Assembly (NCBI GenBank): GCA_964270895.1 | Contig: OZ185448.1 | Length of the DNA: 64,000 bases | Source of the DNA: Podarcis filfolensis | Lineage: Eukaryota | Reading direction: 5' to 3' (one strand) | Shown here: piece by piece, positions 12,701 through 23,200 of the stretch | Layout of the letters: every line of letters begins with the position of its first letter | How positions within the stretch are numbered: the first letter of the stretch is position 1 | Notes under the pieces: generated by a model | Database searches by the model: none | What the model was told of the DNA's origin: nothing | The model's input: the letters and a program-made list of their open reading frames with translations, nothing else | Made by a program: the position numbers and the translations under genes

Positions 12701-15700
12701 TCCTCCCAGGGTGTCTCAGAGAAGGCGAAGCCACCACAGATGCATTCTGCAGCCCTGATATCAGTAGCCACCAGGGCTGGCAGTCCAGGCCCTCAGACTA
12801 CATTCCCCAGGATGGCAAGGGCTTTATATTTACCTGCCATATGTTAAGGGCCTCCTTCTCTGTAAGAGAAGCACTGTGGCACAAGTAATGCTGAGCGAGG
12901 CCCAACAATGTTAATGTCACTTATTTTAATTTCTCTCACTTTTTATATTATTATTACCCTACCCTAGTAAGCTTTCAGGAGGGTACCACCAGCCCCGAAA
13001 ACACCCGACAGAGGAAAGAGATCTGGGGGCAGTTCACATGTTTCACAGCATGACCTACCCTGGGCCATTAACTGTACTAGTCGTTGCAACACGCAGGAGG
13101 AACTCCGTGGGGCAGTCGGTGGAAGCATCCACTTCCCAGTGACAAACCACTTCGGATTCATAGTCTGTGAGGCAACTTGGCTGGATGTCCTTTGAAGACA
13201 CGGCTAGGAAGAGACAGAAGAGTTTGCTTGAGTGCCAGACTGACACCAGCTGTTTGTGCAGTTTTCAGAGGAAGGCGTTTTCCTGAACGAAACTTACTTC
13301 TTCAGAGGAAGAGTCCAACAGAGGCCTACCCAGAAGGAGCCTCCGCAAAGCCCCACTCCAGCCCTCCAAGGTGCCATTGTGTGTTAGCCTGGAAAAGCCT
13401 TAGAAAAAAGACCTTCCNNNNNNNNNNNNNNNNNNNNNNNNNNNNNNNNNNNNNNNNNNNNNNNNNNNNNNNNNNNNNNNNNNNNNNNNNNNNNNNNNNN
13501 NNNNNNNNNNNNNNNNNNNNNNNNNNNNNNNNNNNNNNNNNNNNNNNNNNNNNNNNNNNNNNNNNNNNNNNNNNNNNNNNNNNNNNNNNNNNNNNNNNNN
13601 NNNNNNNNNNNNNNNNNGGTGGGAGGTCTTCCACAGGGCGGGTGCCACTACCGAGAAGGCCCTCTGCCTGGTTCCCTGTAACTTGGGCTTCTCGCAGTGA
13701 GGGAACTGCCGGAAGGCCCTCGGCGCTGGACCTCAGCTGACTGCTGCTTCTTTTTCCTCCTCCAAGTGCTTTGGGTTGCTCACCTCACCATTTATAATGC
13801 TCTCCTAAGAACATGAAAGTAGCCCTGCCGCTGGATCAGGCCAAAGGGGCCCATCTAGTCCAGCATCCTGCTGTCTCATTGAATGACCAGATGCCCCAGT
13901 GGGAAGCCTGCAGGTGGGATTCAAGCGCAAGAGACTCCCCACCTCCTGTGATTTCCTGCAACTGAGATTTGGAAGTGTTTCCGTGTCTGTTCTGAATCTT
14001 CCAACATTAAGCATCACTAGGTGTCCTTGACTTTTAGCATTATGAGAGAGAAAATAAAACTTCCCTATCTCATCTCCTTATCTGCTGCTGCTTACCTGTC
14101 TAAAATTTCTAGCAGGCTTGTTCTACTTTTCCGCCACCCAAGCCACTCCTCTGCTTCTCACAGTGGAATCCTGGGCATGTCTACACAGAAACAATTCCCA
14201 CTGAGTTCTGTAGCAACTTGAAGACTGAAAGGTCTATCATTCCAAAGCTTAGGGCCTTAGGCCAACAAGAAACTATTTCTTCTTCTTCCTGCAACAGACT
14301 AAGTGGCTCCCCCTGCTGGAACTTGCTGCGAAATGCTCAGGCAGGATTGCAGCTTGCGAGATGGCATCTTTGCCACGGTCTGCTTCCTTGCACCGCTTCT
14401 CCTGTTTCTGGCGTTCCTACAGCAACATGCCCCATTGACCTCTCTGCAACATGGCCCCATTGACCTCTCTGCTCCAGGCTGAGCCAGGACATCTCCAGCT
14501 CAGCTTGCGCAACCCTCCGGATGTTTATTTTCCTATCAAACATGCACAAGGCAGCTTCGCCTCTAGTTTCGGTTCCTCAAAAGCAGCAGAGGGAGCAAAC
14601 TTCCCTTTTCATCTTCAGCAGAAAAGCCATGAAGAAATGAAACAGACTAGATGCTCCCCAGGAGGTGAGGGGAGAGGTGGCATCCGTCCCCCAAGGGAGA
14701 GGGAGCCCCTTCCTGCCAACCCAGCCACATTCCTACACTGACTCAGGAAACTCTCTCTCGCTCCCCATCCCGTGAAATCTCAGGGCAGACCAAGTTGACT
14801 CTCTCAACATGGAAGCAGCCACAAGGAAGGACCACTCTGCCTCCTGTCCTCATAGTGGCCAACCAGGTGCCCCAAAAGGAAGATGCTCACAAACAGGAGC
14901 ATCCCCCCACTGCTGTTTCCAGTAAGTGGCATTATTCAGAGGCATTTACTGCCTCTGATACTGGAGGGAAAACCATCATCATGGCTAGTAGCTATTGGGA
15001 GACCTCTCCTCCACCTCTACTGTGGATTTGTCTCATCCTGTCTAAGTCGCCCAAGTGAGAAGCCATCACTGCCTCTTGTGGAAGTGAGTCCCATAATGTT
15101 TTAAATGTGTGGGGAAGACCTTATTTTTGTCTTCCAACATCCTTGGACGTCCCCAATGAGTTCGCCTGTTAATGAGGGAGGGGGAGAAAAACATCTGCCC
15201 AATATACCGTAAAAATTAAACTGTTGCGCTACTAAAGAGAAGTAGGAAGGATCTCCTGAGGTGGGAGACAGATGGAAAATCCACAGACTCAAGAAGAACA
15301 ATAGAATCACAGAATTGTAGGGTTGCTAGTGAGCCCACCTGCCTGCAGTGCAGGAATCACAGCTAACAACTGGGCTCCATGGCCTGGCTAGCAGACTGCT
15401 CCACCTCTACCTGCACCCCACTGGGAAAGCCTTCGCTCAGGGACAGAGCACCTGCTATGCATGCAGAAGGTCAAGGTTCAATCCCAAGTGGCAGCATTTC
15501 CAGGGAAGGCTGGAGAAACCTTGCCTGAAACCTTGGAAAGCAAGTGCTTATAGTCCGTGTAGATCATGGGTAGGCAAATTAAGGCCTTCTAAATCCGGCC
15601 CATGGACGGTCTGGGAATCAGCGTGTTTTTACATGAGTAGAATGTGCCCTTTTATTTAAAATGCATCTCTGGGTTATTTGTGGGCCATAGGAATTCGTTC

Positions 15701-16517
15701 TCCCCTCCTCAAAATATAGTCCGGCCCCCCACAAGGTCTGAGGGACAGTGGACCGGCCCCCTGCTGAAAAAGTTTGCTGACCTCTGGTGTAGAAAATATG
15801 GGCCGACCACCGAGCCCCCCCCCCCCGCCCCGGCTGGACACTTACTGATGATGGCAGGAGGAACCTAGCCTGTTTATGGAAACAGGAGGATAAATGGGGT
15901 GTGTGTGGTGGGTGCCTGGCTTATTGTAGAGATTCAAAACTCTGCAACGACCGTCTTAAGGGTATGGTGGTAAAACCCACGGCAACCCCAGACCCAGCAA
16001 AACTTCTTAAACACCTCCTCACCAACCCACAACACCAGGAATTAGAGCCAGAAATGCTCCTGGCACAGGAGCCAAATCCTAGGGGTCTCCCTTTCCCACC
16101 AGTTGATGGGCGTTGCCTTTCAAATGGTGTGGGTGCACAGCATCATGTGATCGATTATGGGGCGGGGCTTAACCCCCCCCCCCATTATATTGTATTCAAC
16201 TTGGCACGCCTGCTTCGTGGAAACCTGACCCAAGGAAGCAACCCGCCCAAGCCTTGAAAAGCTTCCAGGAGGCTGAACCTCGGCAGGAGGGTCCCCGCCG
16301 CCCCTCAGGGAGTCTCTGGGTGCGCAACTGCTACGGCCGGGGGAGCCTCGCTCTCCGCTCGGCTGGCCGCGCCCGGACTCTCCCTATTGCTGCCGAGGGA
16401 AGCGGCTTTCCTCCGCGGAGACTTACTGTGCCAAAGCGAGCAGGCGAGGAAGACGGAGAGGAGGAGGAGGCCGGGCTTCCTCCGGGGACCCCCGAAACCC
16501 GTCCCGCCGTCGGCCAT
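6743..16517 (-). CDS. IL4R: Interleukin-4 receptor alpha, full-length membrane form (7 coding exons, 653 aa)
   Basis: Exons: 16517-16427 signal peptide (MADGGTGFGGPRRKPGLLLLSVFLACSLWH); 13203-13059 (CLTDYESEVVCHW); 12329-12163 (ECSPKN..KCTC); 11134-10980 (VKPRPLVNLTV); 9918-9768 (WSDWS); 8374-8275 TM exon of 100 bp (ILWIFIPLLCVFIMALATFSFFC); 7895-6743 (Box1 KKGWWDQIPNPAKS, then GYKCF, GYRAF, PYKPL). All junctions are GT-AG and phase-compatible, total 1962 nt. Head-to-head with NSMCE1 as in other amniotes. Confidence 0.92.
13418..13617. other. Assembly gap (200 N)
   Basis: Run of n inside IL4R coding intron 1. Confidence 1.
13618..13738 (-). mobile_element. L2 fragment adjoining the assembly gap
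   Basis: Homologous to the two other L2 copies; absent from the matching site in unit B (about 23422-23450). Confidence 0.7.
15565..15786 (-). mobile_element. hAT (Charlie-like) MITE inserted into a SINE
   Basis: Homologous to 48151-48476; 7/8 TSD GTGTAGAT/GTGTAGAA. Confidence 0.8.
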
Positions 16518-17280
16518 CCGGAGAGTCGGGAACGAAGGGCGCCGGGCCCTGCCGGGAAGAGGCAACAACGTCGAGCGGCCCGCTTCCCTCCTCCTGCCAG
16601 TGCCAGCCCGGCCGCCAGGCGCGGAGCCAGGCGAAGCGGAGCTCAGGAGACGCCCGCCCGCCCCCGCTTGGCTTGACCTGGCTGCCCGTAGTGCCGGAGC
16701 CCCTCCCGCTGCTGCCTGCTTGGGTGACGGGCTGCTCCACTCGGTGGGTGGGGAGGAAGGGCGGGCCTCCCTCCGCGCGTCCCGGGGCGGCTCTCTGAGC
16801 AAATTCGGCCAGCGCCCGCCTCGTCCCGCCTCCCCCGGGGTTCCGGCCAGCGCTCGTGCGCAAAGCGAAAGGGAATCCCGGAGGGGAGAGGGCCCGGGGA
16901 GGGGGGGGGCGGAGACCCGACGGCGACCGGGAGCCCTTCGCGACTCGCCGACTCCAGCCCCCTTGGGCCACGCGCCCTCCGCTGCTACGGCTGCTGTCCG
17001 GGAAGCGCTGGGTTACGCCCCGGCCCTCCTCCTGGGGCGCGGATTTGCATGCCGAACCCGGCCCCTTCCCGCCTTTGACGGGAATTCCCAGCCAGCTAGG
17101 AAGCCCTCCCTGGCGGGGCTCGCACAAAACTCGGCTACAACAGACTGCGATCGGTGTCTCCTGAGCATGTGCAGAGTGCTCGCGGCGCGGGACGACCACG
17201 CCAGCCCCGTGGTGTGTGCGCGCAGCCAAGTCAGTCCGGGCTCTGGAGTCGTGGCGCTGCAACCCTTTTGGCCTGTTTCA
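16250..17280 (-). promoter_or_regulatory. CpG island, putative IL4R promoter
   Basis: CpG-dense tract over and upstream of the IL4R ATG; perfect kappaB palindrome GGGAATTCCC at 17080-17089, octamer ATTTGCAT at 17043-17050, GAS-like TTCGTGGAA at 16214-16222. Confidence 0.65.
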
Positions 17281-17689
17281 GCTGCAGCTGAGCTCATCTA
17301 CTCTTATTACATTTCCTATAAGAGCAGGTGAAAGTTGACCAGGTAGATCATTGGAGGAGGGGGGAGAAGCAGGAGTCTATGGGGCTCAGGAGGGGTGCTA
17401 AGAAGGAAGAGGTGGGGTTTTTGGAAGTAGAAAGGTAGGAAATGGCTTAACTGGTGCTTGCATCAAGGTTTCCACATGCACCTCCTCTTCCCACTGAACA
17501 GTACTGTCACTGGGATGCAGTTACTCATTGACAAGTTAGCCAGTGTGCTGGAGTGGATCTTCCTTATTTAGACCTTTTCTGTATTGCCTAATTATAGATA
17601 GGCAGCCACGCCACTTTATACTAAGCCAGACCATTGTCTACACTGATTGGCAATCGCTCCCCAAGGCTTTCAGGTAGGGTGTGTCTCTC

Positions 17690-18075
17690 AGCCCTACCTA
17701 GAGATGCTGGGGACAAAAATGGAATGGCAGAAAAAATTATTTGAGTACGCTGAGATGGCAAGTCTAATGGGGAAAGTTAGGAATCATGGCCACCAAAAAT
17801 TTAACACAGAATGGGACAAATACAGACAATGCCTTAAAGATCGTTGTAAACATCTGAAATCTGAAATGACTCCTGCAAGGTGACATAACTTATGGATATA
17901 TTAGATAAATATAAATTAGATGTTATTCAATAAGCAGTTAATATAGAATTGTAGAGGACCCACGTTCAGGTGGAGGGAAGTCTTGTTACTTTACTATATC
18001 TTTGATGGAGAGTGATAATTGGGATGTATACTGAAAAATCAATAAAGATTAAATGCAATTTTAAAAATAAATAAA
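17690..18075 (+). mobile_element. L1 3' end
   Basis: WQKKLFEYAEMASLMGKVR..KFNTEWDKY resembles the squamate L1 ORF2 terminus; A-rich tail follows. Confidence 0.65.
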
Positions 18076-18153
18076 TGCTGGGGACTGAACCTGGAACCTT
18101 CTACATACATACAAAGCAGTCACCACTGAGCTGCAATGACCCTTCCCTGACTA

Positions 18154-18395
18154 CAGTGGTACCTCAGGTTACAGACGCTTCAGGTTACAGACGCTTCAGG
18201 TTACAGACTCCGCTAACCCAGAAATAGCATCTCGGGTTAAGAACTTTGCTTCAGGATGAGAACAGAAATCGTGTGGCAGTGGTGCGGCGGCAGCAGGAGG
18301 CCCCATTAGCTAAAGTGGTGCTTCAGGTTAAGAACAGTTTCAGCTTAAGAACTGACCTCCGGAACGAATTAAGTTCTTCACCAGAGGTACCACTT
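18154..18395. mobile_element. Tc1/mariner (Tigger/pogo-like) MITE
   Basis: TA|CAGTGGTACCTC..GAGGTACCACTT|TA, with three tandem CAGGTTACAGAC units. Confidence 0.85.
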
Positions 18396-19113
18396 TATAT
18401 ATAAAAATAACTATGTGAACATATCTCTAAAGCAGTATGCTGAAAGCGACAGGTATTACAGAACCACACAATAAAACCATCAGGACTAGTTTCTGATAAA
18501 TAAATGCTGCTATCAATTCCTTCACCTTCGGATACATCTCCCCACTCAACCCCTCCCACCAGCCTGGGCTCAAACAAACACAGATCACTCCAAAAATCTC
18601 AGAAGAAAGGGGGCTTCCTGGAACCTGCTGACACTGCCCTGGTCTTGCTTTTACGAATAGACCCCATGCAGACTGTACTGTGTCCTGTTCAGCACTCGGC
18701 TTACTTGCACTGCACACACCCGGGTCCAGGAGGCAGCAGGTTTCGTTTGGTGAGTTTCCCGGGGGGTCCAAAGGGTGGTGCATAAAACTGAGTATAGAGG
18801 TGTCCTTTCCCTGGCCTCTGCATCCCTCTCATCCAAGGACCTTGGGCCACTTGCCATTTCTCAAGCTAGCGTACTTCACAGGGTTTCTGGGAAGGTAAAA
18901 GAGGTTTCTCGCACAGCACCCCCAGCTCCTCAGAATGACCTTGCTCCCCTTCACCCCACACCCCTCGTTCTGGCCTGAGTTGCAGTTCATTTCAGTGTTA
19001 TTGCAGATCAGCATGTATCTGTGAGAAGCAGTGGTTTGGTATCTGTCCATCTTCAGGCGTGTTCTTGAGGGACTACGTGGCACAGAAACACACGTGCACA
19101 ACAAAGCCTGTGT

Positions 19114-19270
19114 CATAGCTGTCAATTTTCAGATTTGAAAATAAGGGATCAGCAGCCTCACCTGTCCCAGGGACAGTATACGGGATATCTAACAATCCAG
19201 GATAGCAGCGGGAAGCAGTGCTGGAATAAGGGAATTTCCTGCAAAAAAAAAAGGAAGGTTGACAGCAATG
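19114..19270. mobile_element. hAT MITE
   Basis: TIRs CATAGCTGTCAA / TTGACAGCAATG and perfect 8-bp TSD GCCTGTGT. Confidence 0.85.
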
Positions 19271-20242
19271 GCCTGTGTTAGTGTACTCTTTAATATAGTT
19301 CAGTCCAGGTATGAGGCGGGAGCCTTGCAAAGCTTGTGCTGCCTGCCAAGTCAGTTCCTGGAAGGGGTAGAGGCATAGGGGGCCCAATGAGTTATTCCTT
19401 CCAAATCAACTTTAAGGGTGCCAAGCACAACTCCCTTGGACCTCTGTGTGTGAAATTTGGCAGGCTTCATCCCCTGAAAAGGGGATGCTAAGCTCACAGA
19501 TTCCACCCATTTCTGCCTGAAAGGAGAAAAGGGTTAATAATTTGGTGCTCCCCTAGTATTGTTTTCTGTTATCAGCAGCCCAATTTACAATAGCCCTATA
19601 TTGGAAACAATCTATAGAACTCCCCACTGAGATCTGGTTAAATAGTATTTGGAGTGTGGCTCTGTTGGAAGGCCTTACTTGACACAAAAGTGTAATTAAA
19701 GGCACTTCAAGGATACACACTTTTGGTGATGTTGGCTTCCTTTCTTTTCCTTTATAAATGAGACGGAAGATACTTTTATTCCACTTTCAACACAGGAATC
19801 TCTGTGGAGAGGCTACTTGAATTGATAATACATAACTTATTGCATGTGCACTATGTACTACGTATGGAATTTAATAAGAATGGACCACTGGACAAGTTAA
19901 TGTAGTTGTGTGTTCTTGTCTTTATTTAAATGAGAAACAATAAAAATCATTGGGGTGACTTCAGAAAGAGGTATTGTCTACAGCAGAGAATTGCACTGAA
20001 TTAAGTGAGAGGTCTGCATATTAATTTGATGTCTAGCTGACTGGAAATGCAAGACCCCAGCAATGTGAGAGAAATGCTGTCACTCACTTAAAGGGGCCGG
20101 ATGATGCACAAACGTTCCTGTGGGTGGGGTCGGAATATTTCACAAATCCAGAAGGTTTACAAAATCTAGAAATAAAGAGCCCACAATGTGGAGCCCAGAA
20201 CACACGGGGATGCCAACACATTGCTAATAATAAACAGGTGCC

Positions 20243-23200
20243 CTACCCGATCCACCCATCTGTTTTCCAACTTATCGGGATGCTCCAATCACTCCAGGTG
20301 TTCCCGAGGAAATAATTTTTCTGGCGCACTTTAGCAAAATGGATCCTTGCTGGCATGAGACTCCCTATGGCAATTTTAAGTTGCGTGTCCGTCGTCATGC
20401 GTTTGCGTGCCTTTGGAGGGGGGAAAAAACCAAGAAGCAAACAGGTTTACATTATGTGGTCCTTCCCACACCACAGGAAAACACTGGGAGGGGGTTCTTC
20501 TGGTGAGTGGAATTCTTCTCTTTCTCAACTTTCTATGGAAGGAGATAATTTTGGGATATGGTAGAAAATTGCTTTTGGACTCTTATGTAGCAATGGACAA
20601 GGGAATGAAAGCTTTGTAGATGAAGTCAAAGGGCTTGAGACCAAATGATAGAAGGCTCCAGGGCAGAAGAATCTCCTTCCTCCTGAGCCTGGCCATTTCT
20701 CACCTGAGGGGTGGGGGGACAGCCACAGCCAGGGACCCAGGGCTGGGCTCATTCCTCCACCCAGACAAGGAAGAAAAGATGCAATTCAGCCTAGCCAAAG
20801 AACTAGGAGTGTGTGGAACAGTAATGGGGTGGTGAAAGAGGCCTGGAAGGCTGCATCTGCCACCCCTCCCCTAGGTTCTGTGATCCAAAGGAAAGCAATG
20901 GCTTGGGGCTGGTGGCCCTGATCTCAAGCCAGTCTACTCTGAGAAGTCATAAAAGCCAACCCACTGTTCTTGTGTGTGCCCCACCTGTGAGGGGCATAAA
21001 ATCATCTGCCAAATATATTGTTATAGATTTAGGATAAACCCTAGAAATTAATAAATGCTACTCCTGTAGTGATGGCTGAAAACCACATATACTCCCCTTT
21101 TCTCAAATGCAGCTCTGCACACTGGTCTGCATAGGCAACTAGGGCAATTTGCCTGTCTATTGCCACAAAGAGCAGCTGAACATATGTATTGTTGTGTGCA
21201 TGTGGTGGGGGGGGCAATGACTTTCACTAGAACAAATGGATTCTGTGAATGGTCCTTGATAGACATCAGAGAGAACAATGAAGGCACTTTCTCATGCAGA
21301 GCTGCCCAAAGAAAGTGTCATGGAAAGGCAGGGAAGATGCCATGTCAACCAGCATGAGGCAGAGCAGGGGGGTGGGGAGAGGGGTATTCTGAAACATCAA
21401 CCTCTGCTCAGGACACAGAAGGTCTCCCCCCCACAGTGTATGTGGTTGTTTTAGTATTTTTAATTTTTGTTTTAATGGCATTGTTTTAACATGGATGAGC
21501 TTACCACCCTGGGTTCCTTTGGGAGGAAGGGTGGGATATAAATGTAATTAACTGATTAACAATAATAAATTTGCAGCACTATTCCAGGTGATTGTACAGA
21601 GAGGAGCATGCTGGGAAGGTGTGCCTACCTTGTCCTCCAGCATGCCTTCTTGCCCAAAGGCAACTTCATAGTCTGTTTCCGAATTTTTATGGAGAATGCT
21701 CTCTTCATTATAGCCATCTTCCCAGGTGAGGATGTATCCGCCATCCCCCATCTTAAGTTTCAGGTTGACAGGCTGTCGGGGTTTCACTGCATTCAGGAAG
21801 AAGACAACAAAGAGAAGGATGTGGGGAGGCAAAAGGGGCCCCTGCTCGCCTCTCAGGGAAGACAACACGGGCCTCTGCTTTGTAAGGAAGGGCTGGTCAA
21901 AGCGGCAGACTTTTCACCCTGGAGGACAGACCTCAACCTCTCCAAGTTCTCTCCAGAACTGGAGTATCCCCCTCCAGGCACCTGAAGAAGGGGGCTCTCC
22001 ATTGCAAAGGTTTCTGCCACAATAAGCCTGCCACTGTTTAAGGTGGTGACTTTGCATAACGTACTAAGGCGGATGCAGGAGCAGCTAAGGAAGGTCTCTC
22101 AGCATTGATTGGTGGTAATCGTGAAGACAAATGATCTGTGCCCACCACACTTGTATTCTGCTACTCTTGTCTTGTTCTTCAGATCAGCCTCTAAAGATGC
22201 GCAAGAAGGATCTTGCAGACCAAAGGATCCCTTACCAATTTTACGAAGGTCCTTAATTGCCTTCTTCCAGATCTCTTTCCCATTGGCCTCCAGCGAGAAA
22301 CGATACTTGAAATTATCTAGTACTTCAGACCGAATGGTGCAAGTACACTTGGGGGTCACATCTAGGCCTCTCTTGTTCTTAGGAGAACACTCCGACGATT
22401 TCCTGGAACAATGGCAAGACTTAAAAGATGTTTTCAAAGTAGACAACACTCGGATTATTTCTGCCACAGCCTCGATTTGGGAAAGCTCAGCCCAAGTGAG
22501 AGAGGGGCTTTGCAATGCCTCCAGCTGCACCAGGCTGTGGATTCCCCAGGGAAAGTTGCAAGCGTGCAAGACGACATAAATCTGTGCACCTTGGAAGTTC
22601 TCCAACCCAAGTGGTCCAGTGAAAAGTAGAATGAGAAACCCTTTGGATCCTGCGTTTCTTATTCTGAGTTTGGAAAACTCACAGTGGTAAGGAGGGTACC
22701 ACCAGCCCCAAAAACACCCAACAGAGGAAAGAGAAGATCGGGTGGCAGTTCTCACATTTCATAGCATGACCTACTTTTGGCCACTGAATCGATTAGTCAT
22801 TGTAACATGCAGGAGGAACTTCTTGGGGCAGTTGGTAGAGGCGTCCACTTCCCAGGAACAACCCACTTCGGAGTCATAGTCTGTGAAGCACCTTGGCTGG
22901 ATGTCCTTTGAGGATACGGCTAGAAAGAAACAGAAGAGTTTGCTTGAGTGCCAGACTGACACCAGCTGTTGTGCGTCATCTCCAGATTTTCAGAGGAAAG
23001 CAGTGTAGGAATGTTTTACTCAATGCAACTTACATATTCAGAGGAGGCCTAGCCAGAAAGGGCCTCTGCAAAGCCACACTTTGGCCCTCCAAGACTCCAC
23101 TGCAGAAAGGGATAGAATCTCTGCTCTACTCCTGTTTTTTCAGGCAGAGCCGTAATTACAGGGGGGCTAGCCAGGTTTTTTTGCCCTGAGTGAAGCCTCC

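Larger units (their letters stand above)
9442..16572. repeat. Segmental duplication unit A (IL4R signal peptide to D2 exons)
   Basis: Collinear homology with 19958-24684 in exons and introns. The boundaries are visible at tcttcagaaagaggt (9442/19958) and gggaagaggcaacaacgt (about 16572/24684). Confidence 0.92.

Noticed and set aside
16254-17331. Long overlapping ORFs (up to 314 aa) in the CpG island
   Set aside because: Low-complexity P/A/G/R products expected from GC-rich DNA; only the 30-codon signal-peptide exon has support.
18707-18886. Exon-like segment between the IL4R copies as a TM exon for the paralog
   Set aside because: Stops occur in all three frames and there is no hydrophobic run; at most it is non-coding.
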